Shown here piece after piece: positions 12,185-28,788 of a stretch of 64,000 nucleotides of DNA. The notes below the pieces were generated by a model. That model was not told where the DNA came from, made no database searches, and saw nothing but the letters and a program-made list of their open reading frames with translations. Within the stretch, counting starts at the first letter, position 1. Every line of letters begins with the position of its first letter. The position numbers and the translations under genes were made by a program. Source of the DNA: Octopus vulgaris (taxonomy: Eukaryota); contig OX597830.1 in the NCBI GenBank assembly GCA_951406725.2, positions 74,586,001-74,650,000 on the forward strand, in the 5' to 3' direction.

Positions 12185-12505
12185 CAGGACTCACGCCATT
12201 AACCATAAAGAATAAACGGTGGCTTTTAACGAGTGGAGAGCTGAACCATCCTGGAGTACAGAGGATTCGCAATCTAGACTAGGGTATGAAAGTTTACCAC
12301 ACCATACTGGGTTACACCATGGTTCCTCTGCTTTGTGGCAGAAGTAGGAAGAAAGAGAGAAAGTTGTGGTGAAAGAGTACAACGAGGTTCACTACTACCC
12401 ACCGTGGAGCTTAGGTGTTTTTGCTCAATAAACACTCACAATGCCCGGTTTGGGAATCGAAACCGCGACTCCGCTGCCCTAGCCACTGGGCCATTGCGCC
12501 TCCAC
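12185..12505 (-). mobile_element. Family-C SINE with alternative tail
   Basis: Same head (cactgggccattgcgcctccac on plus) and body as 5791-6170 but a different 3' part. Further copies at about 13590-13790 and 14405-14757. Confidence 0.75.
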
Positions 12506-12794
12506 AAATTTAGCTGTTGTCTCTTGCTACATTACTGAATACTTAAAGTCTTATTGTTTTGTTTTTTTTCCTTTTTTTTTTCTTGACTGCTTCTCTTAAG
12601 CAAACTTCTACAATTCGCAATTAGAAGGTCATTTATTTAATTCTGACAAATGGAATTTAAAAAAAAACGTGAACACTAGGAAAGCACGTTACAATTCCAT
12701 GCTACCGTTGAAGTAGTAAATCTCCATAAGCAATTTACCACCATGCTTCTTCTCTCGGATTACTGGCAGGCAAAGTTTAAGGTTACATTTCCTT

Positions 12795-13112
12795 TCATCA
12801 TCATCATCATCGTCATCGTTATCGTCATCGTCATCGTCGTCATCCTCCTCATCATCATCATCCTCATCATCGTCATCATCAACCTGTTTTCAAAGATCTC
12901 CCGGATTCTCTTTCCACGATACTTAACACCCACTTACTAATCTGAAAATCGTCGCTGTCCCCAGCAGAGCAGTTCCTTGAGCATGTTCTACCCTTCATGT
13001 CAATTTTAATTTCTCCAACATATTTCTCAAGCCTGGTTGTTAGTGCTCTTAGTGTCCCTACAACTACTCGGATAAGAATTACTCTCTTCGTTGCCAACAT
13101 TTGTTGAATTAA
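12795..13112 (-). mobile_element. 3' end of an R4/Dong-like (restriction-like endonuclease) non-LTR retrotransposon followed by (GAT)n
   Basis: IQQMLATKRVILIRVVVGTLRALTTRLEKYVGEIKIDM / frameshift / VEHAQGTALLGTATIFRLVSGC* matches the IPVVVGALG...QKTALLGTARILR pattern. A short UTR runs into a (GAT)-like array at 12880-12795. Confidence 0.7.
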
Positions 13113-15311
13113 AAACACACTCACAGCTTCATTTTATGAAGACATCCCTTCAAAATCTTGACTCTGGAATTGAATTTGTTTCGTTAAGGAGGTTTTATAA
13201 GAACGAAACATGTTAACTTCCTAGACTAGACCCACTTTTATCAGCACTAACATTGTCCAAAACTTGAAATCAATTTATTTCCATTTTGTAGTTATCACCC
13301 TACTTTAGTCATTCTAAAACACATTTAGGGATAGATGTTGTTGTTTACTAACGCCGGGACAAAAAGCCTTCATCTTGTTGCTCGAACTGTTGGAAATAGT
13401 CGCTAAATCTCTCTCAAATAACACCCCGCGTTACATTTTCTTTTTAATAGAAGGTTGCGTTCACTGAAGGAAAAAATATGATCATCATTAGAATATTTTT
13501 ATAGACCTGCGTAATCAGAGTTTATCTTTTAAACTATTTTAAACTTTGAAGTGTGAGTCAGTTGCTATTTCTAGAAGTTCGTGCAAACGTTGCCCCACCT
13601 GGACGGGTCATCGGTGAGCTGCTAGATGAATAGGGAAAGAGTGAGAGAAATTTGTGGCGAAAGAGTCAGCAGAAGTTCGCCATTAGGTGTTTCGCTCATA
13701 AACAGACACATTGCACGGTCTGAGATTCGAACCTGCGATCCCACGACCACAAGTCAGCTACTCTAACCACTAGGCCATGTGCCTCCACTCCCAGCTACAT
13801 AATAAACAGTTATGTACAGTAACAATGAAAAGTAACAGTAACAATAAAAAGTTAAAGTATGCTTTGCACATTTTTCGGTATCTTCCATTCCGGAGCCGTT
13901 GTTTGGTGAAGCTGTAAGAATGTTGAACTGCATGCATTGCAGTATTTGTTCTGCTTCTCTGCATTCTGAGTTCAAATACTGCCAAGGTGTGTAGAAAACC
14001 CGCATGCCAAGCGTAGAGAGTTAGGAAGATCCTCGAAACGGGGGAAAATACCAAACAAGAAGGTGTGAGTGGTGTGAAGAGAATGATCCCACTGGGTAGA
14101 AAAAAATATATTCTGGTGAATGAAAGAATGAATAGAAAAAGGATGGAATGAATGCGTGAATGAGTGAATGAGTGAGTGAATGATCAGACAAGAAGATAAA
14201 GCAAAAGTAGTGCAGATGTCCGGGTTGATGGGTGCCTAACCATTATATATAACGTCGAAATTACGCTTAGTTTTGAAGTGTATTGCTGTTCAAGATCCGC
14301 TGTCCAAATATTTATTTCTGAATTTCCAAGCCCACATAATTCATAATAGTACTAATGATTGCCGTTACTTTTGTGGTCGCTGATTGTTTGTTTGTTTGTT
14401 GAGCGAAGCGGTCTTCGTCCCAGTGGGAGAAGTCCGAAACGTGGTCCTTTGCTGTTCGTAAGACCCGCAAAAGAGAAAGCAGGTCAACCCCCGACACCGA
14501 GAGCATCGACGGATGGATGAATGCGCATCCAGGCTCAGCGGTTGCGTAGGAAGTCGGGGACAAGAAACAGGAAGAAAGAGTGAGAGAAAGTTGGAGCGAA
14601 AGAGTACAACAGGGGTCGCCACCCCCCACCCCCCTGCCGGAGCCTCGTAAGACTTTTAGGTGTTTTCGCTCAATAAACACATACAACGCCCGGTTTGGGA
14701 ATCGAAACCGCGATTCTCTGACCGCGAGTCCGCTGCCACTGGGCCATTGCGCCTCCTTGTTGTCACTGATGTTGTCATTGTTGTATTTGTTTTAGTCTCG
14801 GTCAGCTTCAAAAGAGTCGACAATGAAAGAGTTCAGTGAGTCGATAAAAATATATATATATAAATACGCTAAAACAAAGATCAGAACATGCAATCCATTG
14901 ATGATGTGCTACAGACATATTATACGTAAATGTTTTTGAGGAGGATATGGATTATTATAATGCCCTGGCAGCATTGTTCTGTCGGCCATTGTTTTAAAAG
15001 CAAACGTGACTGTTCGTATATTGAATTTGGCTCGCAATCATGACGTCTCGAGTTCGATCTCAATATTTGGTATCTTAAACAAATGTTTTTTTTCTTTTTT
15101 AGCAATTTCTTGTCAAATTTGGTCCGGTCAATGAAATTCTAATGATGGAAATTGTCTACAGAGCCGATGATTAGACTATATTTCAAATGATAGGCAACAT
15201 GTGCAACACACAGATCCCAAATTAAGGGGTAACATACATTTTCTCATCCTTTTAGCTGAGGTCCATTTGGCCGACTAATCAATTGACTAAAACAAATAAA
15301 AGAATAAAAGA

Positions 15312-15341
<30 letters not shown>

Positions 15342-15343
<2 letters not shown>

Positions 15344-15510
15344 TCTCTCTTCTTTTTCTCATTTGTTTCTTTCTGTGTTCCTTTCCGCGGAAAAGCGTAG
15401 GCTCGAAACGTTAAAGACTTTTTCACTTCTCGAGCGTTATACTAATGCATCTGTTCGTTGTCTATCCCACCTGTCTTCGTCTTTTTTTGTGTGTTTGTGA
15501 ATTCTCCCAC
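15342..15510 (+). mobile_element. Short (TA)n-flanked Penelope-type repeat with hammerhead-like hairpin
   Basis: (g/a)agcgtaggctcgaaacgttaaagac motif. Homologous copies at 41868-42016 (+), 48562-48720 (-) and 49245-49405 (-). Confidence 0.65.
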
Positions 15511-15605
15511 TATATATATATACATACATATATATCAAAATAAGAGTGTTGCTTTGTAAATATATATATACATGTAGAATATGTATGCATGTAGACACAC
15601 ACACA

Positions 15606-15672
<67 letters not shown>

Positions 15673-15682
15673 ATATATATAT

Positions 15683-15930
15683 AGTGTGGTTGTCTACTTT
15701 TTATGCAGATTTTGACCACCTTTTGTACCTACACCTTAGAAACATCATGGCATGTGATGTGGCTTTTTAAACCAGACAATTTGGTGGAAAGACATCTAAC
15801 ATAGACTCCACATCCGATTTGGACCACCGAGAGCTGCAAACAAGTTCTGTTCTGATTTTGCCAATCTTAAAATGTCTTATGAAGCCTCCGTTAGGTTTGC
15901 AATCCTTCTGGTATATACTGCATTCAAAAG
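15683..15930 (-). mobile_element. Degenerate RTE-like LINE 3' end
   Basis: Minus strand gives TFECSIYQKDCKPNGGFIRHFKI and LSGLKSHITCH (decayed C2H2-like termini), followed by a short UTR. Confidence 0.45.
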
Positions 15931-15959
15931 TGTGCACAAATATATAGGCAGAATAGTTG

Positions 15960-19320
<3,361 letters not shown>

Positions 19321-19760
19321 TTGATTATCATTTTGATGAATTCTCGGTCTTCATAATTATTCAAACTAGAATAAAATTGTACAATCTAAAAATGTACGTA
19401 TGTCTCCTCGAATTGATTTTGACTTCGGCCAACTTCTCGCATTTTCCGAGAAATATCATAGTTGTACTATGAAGAAGTAAAAAAAAATCATAATTCTAAA
19501 GACGAGTTATTTGCGGCATGATCCAGTGCTAAATATTTACAATTATTTGCAGTTTATCATATTATGGCGTTAAAATAGATTAAATGTAGTTCTTGCTGGA
19601 ATTGCATTAATGATACTTGAAGAATTGAAACAAAATATAAAGTATAAATCCTCACTAGTTGTTCCGTTGTCAAATCACATCAACTTCAGTCGGAGCCCTA
19701 TACATAGAAATGCTAAAATTCGGTTCTCTTCAGTTTCGCTCACAGATTTTTAAATTAATC

Positions 19761-20139
19761 TTACTCTTTTACTTGTTTTAGTCATGTGACTGCGGCCATG
19801 CTGGAGCACCGCCTTTAGTCGATCAAATCGATCCCAGGACTTATTCTTTGTAACCCTAATACTTATTTTATCGGTCTCTTTTTTGCCGAACCGCTAAGTG
19901 ACGGGGACGTAAACACACCAGCATCGGTTGTCAAGCGATGTTGGGGGGACAAACACAGACACACAAACACGCGCATACATGTATATATACATATATACGA
20001 CGGGCTACTTTCAGTTTTCCGTCTACCAAATCCACTCACAAGGCTTTGGTCGGCCCGAAGGTATAGTAGAAGACACTTACACAAGGTGCCACGCAGTGGG
20101 ACTGAACCCGGAACCATGTGGTTCGTAAGCAAGCTACTT
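19761..20139 (-). mobile_element. Family-B CORE-type SINE lacking its first about 20 nt (target of the ORF1-only element)
   Basis: Minus strand reads aagtagcttgcttacgaaccacatggttccgggttcagtcccactgcgtggcaccttgtgtaagtgtcttc, then an internal microsatellite and the gtaaaagagt tail. Confidence 0.9.
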
Positions 20140-21990
20140 TATTTCATAAATTTGTCATATAGACAGTACAAAGAGCTTTACGGGCTGGACAAACACATTA
20201 ATGAATGAAAATGAAATATAATGAATAAATGAGAGACGAAACCAACATCCGCCGATTGGATTTTTCTCGATAACATATTTTCGTTTTTTTTTTTAAATCA
20301 ATATAAGGTTTCGAACCTTTAACAAGGAGGAGGCGCTAAAACCTCTTACTTAACATATTTTCTTTTTTCTTACTTAAAACACAAAATTGAGGTTATAAAC
20401 CACTACAAAATAGTCCAATAATGTGAGGTTTCAAACTCTGTAACGAGGGCCTTTCACCTCCTACTCTTCGATATATCCATCGATATATTCATCATTATCT
20501 TCAATGCCGCTTGAGTTTCTGTATCCCGCCATTTCCCATGCCTCACTCATGTAGGACATGTAAGTCGTGTAAGGGCCACCCGGCCATATGCGACACTCCT
20601 CCCCAAATCCCTTAAGCCTTTCCCACAAGGGTAACCTTATGACCTCCTCAGCTATCTGCGGAGGCCATTCGGGATCCCGTGTGAAGGGCATATCTACTCT
20701 TTCTTTAAGTTCTTCTACTACTTTTTCCACCTCCCCGCCCTTGTAGAAAAAGATAATTAATTGATCATCTTTAAGGGTGGGGGTGGTTTCTTCCACCGTG
20801 GGTGGCACAACTTCGGGACATGCAGTCGTCACATCATCTCCCTGCTGAGATGACCCGTTCTTCTTCTTTCTTTTTTTCTTTTCTTCCTGGCTTAGGGAGA
20901 GTGGAGCCCTTCCGCTTTGTCCGGAGACTCTCCCCCGCCTCCCGAAGCCTTAGGTTCCTTCAGCGGGCAACTATTGTTGCCCACCTTCTTCCTTTTTAAT
21001 CCTTTTTTGAGTTGAGGAGGCTGAAGCCTCCTCGACCACATCCACCTCTCCCTTGACCGGGTAGGGGAGGTGGCATCTGGTGACTGTTCCAGGACTTTTA
21101 CCATTGTCCTGGGGCAGTTCCTTTTAATGTGGCCTGGCTGCAGGCACGAGTGACACTTTGGGGGACGTCCCTCAAGTATCACCGGATACCTGCAGCCAGC
21201 CATTTTCAAGAAATCTGGAAAAACCAGTTCTGTTGCGGCCGATGGGGTCCACAGGGTCAAAATCGCTTTTGACCCTTCCCAATCGACCGCCGGCAATACT
21301 CTTACATTTAAGAGCCTGGGCCCGCCATCCCCCAGTCCCCGTCGGATGGTATCTTCAATCCAATCGGCTTCGGTGCCCGGGAGGAGCCCACATATCCAGG
21401 CTCGTATTAATTTTCTTCCACAATATGACGGGAGACTTCTAAAGGCTGACTCGCAAACTGGCGAGCCTTTTCCCCTTGTCAAACAGCAACCATACGGTTG
21501 CATGTTTGTCACCACGGGATATATATTTTACAGAGGACAAATGTTCTTTAAGTTCATTTTTTATGATTTGTTTTGGGAAGACGGTGATGGAATTAAGAAC
21601 TTTAGAATATGTTCTAAGTACCATCGTCTTCTCTTCCATATCTTTTAACCATTACTTAGGCGGGTTATTTTCCCACAGAGTTTTTCTTTTTAAGTTCCTT
21701 CTCTGCCATGTCAAAAAACAGTTCAAAAGTAGTTCAAAAGACAGTCTGCCAAAAAATTAAACCGAATAAAAATAAAACAATATAAAGGGGAGGGGAGGAA
21801 ACTGAAATGAAAGTAATGAAAAGAATGAACCAAACATTTTTAGAAAGAAAGAAATAATAGAAGAAGGGAAAAGTAAAAGAAAAATTTCACAAATAGCACA
21901 GACAGGGAATCCTTTGTATAATACTCCAAAAAGGTAATCCAAATGGCTTTTTCTTATTTTTTGGGGGGCGAGATACGCCCGCCTAACTTA
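20140..21990 (-). mobile_element. ORF1-only Tx1-like retroelement, copy 1 (5' end truncated or uncertain)
   Basis: T-rich 5' UTR, disrupted gag-like ORF1, and only about 320 bp of 3' UTR ending atgaaataaa joined to a family-B SINE. It is homologous to 50686-53108. Confidence 0.75.
20461..21709 (-). pseudogene. Disrupted gag-like ORF1 with CX2CX4HX4C zinc knuckle
   Basis: Frameshifted pieces: MAEKELKKK..., KTMVLRTYSKVLNSITVF..., RKLIRAWICGLLPG...YPVILEGRPPKCHSCLQPGHIKRNCP (knuckle 21155-21114), and FTRDPEWPPQIA...EAWEMA. Confidence 0.8.
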
Positions 21991-24100
21991 TTTATTTTTA
22001 ATTAAACAGTATCATTGATAATTTTATATATGACAGGCTTCATTCAGTTTCTCTCTACGAAGTCCATGGCAATGCTCTGATCGGCTCAGGTCTATAGTAT
22101 ACAACACTTGCCCAAGATACCACACAGTGTGACATAACCCATTGGAAACAAAATTCTTAGCACACTGACCTGCCAGCGCCTATTTTTAGTGCAGAATCAT
22201 TTACACACACACACACACACATACCCACAAAATCACACACTCCTTTGACTACGTAGAACATCATATTAAACAATATTTGAACGTTTAACAAGAGTAGATA
22301 ATAATATGTTTTATTTGTGTAAGCTATTGTACGATGTCAGTGTTTGCTTCAGGTGTAAGATTTACGCAGCAATTTCAAGCAAGATTATGTTTAAGAAAAT
22401 AATTTTATGATGATTTCATTGATTAATTTGCAATTTGATACCAAGTGAACAAGTACACACTATTAGTAATTTCTTTTCTTTATTTTTAGTTATTTTCTCT
22501 TTCGATTAAAGAGCTTACAATTTCTTTGTCATTTAGTTGTATTAAAAATATTTTGAATATCTATTTTGTTTCTCAGAATTTTCAGTTCTTTTGTTTCATT
22601 TCCTAAATAATTATTGGCTTCGTGTGTTTAAGACTAGTGTTGCTACAGAATTTTAATTATGCAAATTATTCTTTGATTGAGTAATTTTAAATATCTCTGA
22701 ATTGTAACCCAGAACATTCTTTATGATATATAAGCTGTCAGGTTATGTCTCCGTATCCCCTCTCTGTCACTAAAAAAATGTATAATATACATACATACGT
22801 ATGTTTGTATATGTTTGGAGAGAGAGAGGAACAAGGAGGAGGAGATTCAATGATGAGATCCTATGTACCAACACACATTCCCGAAGTCAGAATTGTCCTA
22901 TAAAAATATATGGTTCGCCGCACCTTTCTCACTAAATGAATCGCACAAATTGGGAAAAAGTTGATAGCCTTCTTACATAAGCAGTTCCTTGCCATCCGTG
23001 GATATAGAAATATCTTTAATAGACTTTTAATAGGCGTTATCTGATAAACTACAAGATACGCTATAGCTGCAATGCCAATATTAAGACAATGACGTTACAT
23101 AGATGCCTGAAACTAACTATTGTAAAAAGTGCGTGGACAAATGCAGATTCTTGCCTACAGGATATGGTATGGAACATTAGTTCAGTAGCATACAAATCCG
23201 AAGTTACCTCAAACAAATAGAATAAAATGAATGATAAGAAAACTGTTTTCGTATGTATGGGAGTGATTTCAAGCATGTATTTTATAATCACATATCATCA
23301 TTCAGCCATACGAAAGAAATACGACGACATTAGCAAATCACATCTGGTAACTGAGGGGCAACATAATGCATATAGTATCAAATGGTGTCCCTTAGAAAGA
23401 TCATTGCTGTACGTGAATGTATCGAATCATATGCAAACTCTTAAAATGAGAAGGAACTTATGTTCTGATAAAATCGATGTGTCAAAATAGGTACTTAAAT
23501 TTCATAACTGAAATTGTCAACAGATATATCCATCAAGACAAGTTAATCTGATCTATTTGGAAAACCCTTACTATAACCTGTGTAATTCGAATTTGTATGC
23601 TGTGACAAACATACGATGTAGCACCAAATTCGGCATATCAACAAGACAAAAGCAAGATACGAATATACTAAAATATTCAAAACAGCCATAACATCACATG
23701 CAATAACAAAAAGAGAGGTAAAGACAGATTTTTAAACGATATACCATACTTTCAAATGCACTTGCAACATCTGTGTTCCAAATAACTACAATGGTGAAAC
23801 GTACGTTGAAACTAATAAATTTTAAAATAGTTTTAATTTTAATTTTCCCCTACCATTACTTAAACGATACATTTTCCACTATATAACAAAATCTTCCTCT
23901 GTTTACGAAAGTGAATAATTGCTGACGCTGTAAGAAGATCAACCAAAGTTTTAAATACTAGAAGCTGACAATTCGAGGCAAAACAAATATTTTCTTTGAA
24001 GTAACGCTTATTCTCATAAATGCACGTATTGAAAAAAACCATGTCTCAAGTCCGAAAAGAGAAATGTTGGTGAAAAGTGGCAACGGTATAAGCTAATCCA

Positions 24101-24336
24101 GGCGGCGAGCTGGCAGAAACGTTAGCACGCCGGGCGAAATGCATAGCGGTATTTCGTCTGCGTTACGTTGTGAGTTCAAATTCCGCCGAGGTCGACTTTG
24201 CCTTTCATCCTTTTGGGGTCGATAAATTAAGTACCAGTTACGCACTGGGGTCGATGTAATCGACTTAATACCTATGTCTGTCCTTGTTTGTTCCCTCTGT
24301 GTTGAGCCCCCTGTGGGTAATAAAGAAATAGAAATA
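24101..24336 (+). mobile_element. Full-length family-A SINE
   Basis: Complete head, central domain and tail, with the target duplication ggtata(a/g)gctaatcca on both sides. Confidence 0.9.
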
Positions 24337-24551
24337 GGTATAGGCTAATCCATGTTTCTTTCAACTGAAATTAAGCATCACTGGTTTTTCTCAAATAAAA
24401 TGTATAAGATATTTATAAGTCAGAAAAGTATTTGATAGCCATCCACAAAAGAATCATTTTGTTATATATATCTAAATCTATGTGCGTGCGTGTGGTTATA
24501 CGTGTGTGTGTATGTGTGCGTATGTGTTTGTATGCTTGTGTGTATGTGCAT

Positions 24552-25170
24552 GTGTGTCACTTAGAAAATTATAAATATTTTCGAATGAAGCTTTAGCAGT
24601 GCCATCTCGGCCAAAGAGTTATTCTGTGCCAACGATGGGAAATAACCCCGAAACAGTGCAGTCTACAGAAACTGCTTTGTGCTAGGTGGGGGTGCTAAAC
24701 TCCCCTGTTCGAAAATATAAGGACACAGATTGTGTGTCATATAGTCAGCTGGAGGCAATGTCTCCTGGGGCTAAACAACACGAGCATTAATCCTAACCGG
24801 GACTGCCACGTCAAGATGGCAGATAGCCTGTACTTTAAAGTACTGCTACTGAATATCTCTCGTTGAGAAATTTAGGAACAATAATGTTTCTATTTATTAG
24901 ATCAGGAACTGTGTGTCACTTAGAATATTATATATATTTTCGAAGGAGGATTTAGCAGCGCCATCTCAGCCAAAGTGTTATTCTGTGCTGACGAAGTTAG
25001 ATAACCATAAAACCGTGCAGTCCACGGTGGTATGTGTACTAAACTCCCTTATTCGAAAATATAAGGACAAAGATTGTTTGTCGTATAGCCAGCTGGAGAC
25101 GATGTGCTCGGGAGCTAAACAACAGTAGCATTAGTCCCAATCGGGACTATCACATTAGGTTGGCAAATAA
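24552..25170. repeat. Diverged local tandem duplication (period about 360 bp)
   Basis: gtgtgtcacttagaa...ttcgaaaatataaggaca...gctaaacaaca...cgggact at 24552-24825 and 24911-25170. Confidence 0.8.
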
Positions 25171-25530
25171 ACTTTACATGATTAGTTAATTCTGTTCTTC
25201 TATGATGAAGAACATAGAAGAACACAATGGACTAAGCGGAGCAGGAGCACACACGACGACAGAATGTGTCACTGAAGGGTTTACAGATTTGTGAAAAAAG
25301 ATTTCTGGACAATGCAAATGGGTTAAGAACAATAATAAACGTGTAAAGAACAAATATATACCGTGTGTGTGTTTATTTGGCAGAAAAAATAAAGTTACCG
25401 CCCCGAAATGCTATAATATATGCTCTGCCTTGCAAAGGGGCATATACCCTGAAACTAGTCTCCAGATGTCGTCAGAACATCTTGGAGATGAACATAGTTT
25501 TTAGCCCTTACTGGTTTTTTTTTATTGTTA

Positions 25531-26821
25531 CGAGGGACGTTCAATAAGTAATGCCTCTGACCCACTTGCAGCTATTTGATCTAGCTGAAATTTTGCATGT
25601 GCAATTATTGATATCTCTATAGATTAAGTGGCAAATTACAGCTCTGAACTAATTGTGGTTTCTGATTTACAGGTGTTTGAACTGAGTCAAGTGTGAAATG
25701 GAGCCTGTTGAGTGTCGAGCAGTGATTCGGTTTTTGTATTTGAAAGGACGCACACCACAGGAGACTTTTGATGAAATGAAAGTAACTTATGGTAATGATG
25801 TCCCATCATATGACCTTGTAAAACGCTAGCATCGTGAATTCAAACATCGTTGGAACTCTGTGGAAACAGCTCCCAGATCTGGTCGCCCTTTTCTGCCATT
25901 GATGAGGCATCTGTCCGTCAAGTTGAGGCTGCCATTTTGGAAGATTGACGCATAACTATTCGCCAAATAGCCCATGAGGTCAAGATTAGTACCAGGTCTG
26001 TGGAAACTATCATTCATGACCATTTGCATATGAAAAAGGTGTCTGCCAGATGGATTTCCAGGTTGCTCACACCTTTCCAGAAGCAAGAACGCGTCGATTG
26101 CTCGAGGATGAATTTGGAGATGTGCCATGAAGATGAGTCAAATTTTTTCAAAAGACTGATTACACAGGATGAAACCTGGCTCCATCACTATGATCCAGAG
26201 TCCAAATCCCAGTCAATGCAGTGGAAGCACCGTGACTCACCTCCTCCAAAGAAGGCAAGGGTGCAGCCCTCCGCTGACAAGGTCAGGCTCACAGTCTTCT
26301 GGGACCAGAACGGAGTAGTGATGACAGATTTCCTGGCAAAGGGTGCCACAATTACAGGAGTCTATTATGCTTCACTTTTGAGGAAATTAAGAGAAGCTAT
26401 CAAAATCAAGAGGCGGGGCAAGATCAGCAAAGGCATCCTCCTCCTGCAAGGCAACGCTCCGATCAACAACTCGTGTGTTGCCAGATCAGAAGCACAGGCG
26501 TGCGGCTATGAACTCATCCCCCATTCCCCCTACTCTCCTGACCTTGCACCCTCTGATTTCACCTCTTCCCAGCCATGAAGTTATTTTTGAAAGGAAAGCG
26601 TTTCCCAAATGATGCAGCCTTGATTTCTGAAGTCACGTCATGGATGGAGGACCAAGATAGGGTCTTCTACAAAAACGGTCTTCAGAGCTGCATCAAACGA
26701 TGGGAGAAATGCGTAACTCTGGGTGGTTCCTATGTAGAAAAAGACTAATAACTGTGCCAAGTTTCGTTGCTCTACTGCTATGGGAAGTGGGCCAAGGGCA
26801 TTACTTATTGAACGCCTCTCG
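25531..26821 (+). mobile_element. Full-length mariner DNA transposon (about 1.29 kb)
   Basis: TIRs cgagggacgttcaataagtaatgcc / ggcattacttattgaacgcctctcg, with TA on both sides. Confidence 0.95.
25698..26748 (+). pseudogene. Mariner D,D34D transposase, inactivated
   Basis: MEPVECRAVIRFLYLKG..., PRSGRP, WISRLL, TQDETW, QGNAP (second catalytic D changed to G), YSPDLAPSDF, ...RWEKCVTLGGSYVEKD*. It carries in-frame stops and frameshifts. Confidence 0.92.
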
Positions 26822-28725
26822 TACGAATTTTGAGACGCTGACTCCTAACATTAGCATACATATCAACCAGGTATTGCTGAAAGAGATCATGATACATGGG
26901 TAATTGATGTGATTGTTATGGGTCTTAACATTAGTTGGTAAGAATAGAAGTTATTTAACGACACCCTTTTCTTTGTAATTGGCTATCCTGTTGCAAGTTC
27001 AATCTGTGGAATATTGAAATTATACCCATCTTGGCCATTCCACGGAATAAGAGGATGCTGAAGAGCATCATAAGAGGGACGAGTCTCTGAAACACGCTTA
27101 AGTTTGTTATCTCGAGCTCGAATGAGATTATCACGTTTTTCATGAAGATCACCTACTATTAAGATGGCTACTTTGTTAGATATGCGTTCATTAAGATGGC
27201 ATGAAATGTCCTTTACTATAGTTTACTATAGACGTGACAAATGCAGAAACACACACACAGACTCGCAGACACATACACACTCATAGAATTGATATGGAAA
27301 ACAGCAAAACGTACACACACGAAGTTCAAGCGAAACAAAATGTCGTCAATATACTTTTTGTAGCATACTTATGCAATACACACTTTCTGTCGCATAGTTA
27401 TGCTATAAAGCGTTTTTTAGGGAATGTTTCCAAAAGAAATATTCCAGCATCGGAAAGTCAACAATTTAGCAAAAATGACTATGTGTCACCAGAAAGCCAA
27501 CATAAATTTTGCACATGTACTAAATGTTATAAAATTCAGGATTGAATATCACGGTGAAGAAAGTCAAGGTCCAAGAAATTTAGTAGACATAATTAAAGTT
27601 TTTATACAAAAAATTTATTAAGTTGTAATATTTAAACGAACGTTGAACAAAGTGTGTACAAAGGAATATGTTATTGCTGTGAGTGTTAATTTAAAATATT
27701 AGCTGAAGGATGTATGTAGAAAGACATATATTAATTTGACATCACTTACTATATATTTTAACTGTGTAATTTTATAGGCTGTAGAATAGATATTGACTAA
27801 TGTAGTAAAAAGGTTGCGCGGCGTTGAATACTAACACTGTTAAAGCAGCATAGCAGGAATACGATAAGGACGCTAGGACTATTAAAAAAGCATTATCTTC
27901 ATACTGGTTATAAGGACTGGAATAGCATTTCTGTAATTATATTGAAAGAGTCGCTAAGGCTTTATACTTCGCCAAGTTTCAGAATTTGTTACAATAACCA
28001 CAATAAAATTTTCTCAGAAATATTTGCTAGTGTTGTGAGTTCTGAAAAATCAGTCAAATCTTCATGTTTGTTATAAATAAGTAGTGACATACATAAGTAG
28101 TGACATTCGTTAATGCTGTTTAAACAGCAACTCTCCATGATGAAAGGGAAAATCCAAACGGTGGTAGCTTAAAGTGAACTCTGTTGTCCGTTCAAGGTCC
28201 AGACTGCAACTAACCTAAACACTTTCAAAATCGGTGTGTTTCACTGTTGGGTGGTACAGTCACATACATATACTGGGACAGACACACACATACATACATT
28301 TACGCACGCTTCAGACTTGTCTCTACCTCTGTGCATCTGTCTCTGTCTTTAGATGTGTGTCAGTCATCACAAAAATGTATGTATACTGACAAACTCATAC
28401 ACCTTCACATGCACTCACGCATATACTTTTCAATACGTAACGATCGCGTAAACTCACACTTTGACAGATATATACACACTCAATTAAAATATGTGACATC
28501 GTCGTCGTCTATGGTATAAAACGTCGTATACGATGGTTGATTTATAGAAAGATTATACTGTTGAATTTTTGTAATGCAAATATATAAATGAAAATAAAGT
28601 TTATTTGGTACCCGAAAGATTACTGAATCATTTGATACCCTATAAGTCAAAATCGGCTACTAAGTTTTTGAATGCATAAGGAACATACACACACAGACAC
28701 AAACATATAAACTCAGCTTTATATA

Positions 28726-28788
<63 letters not shown>

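Noticed and set aside
23040-23700. Unique-looking stretch with few stops on both strands
   Set aside because: There are no recognisable protein motifs, and it is interrupted by stops.
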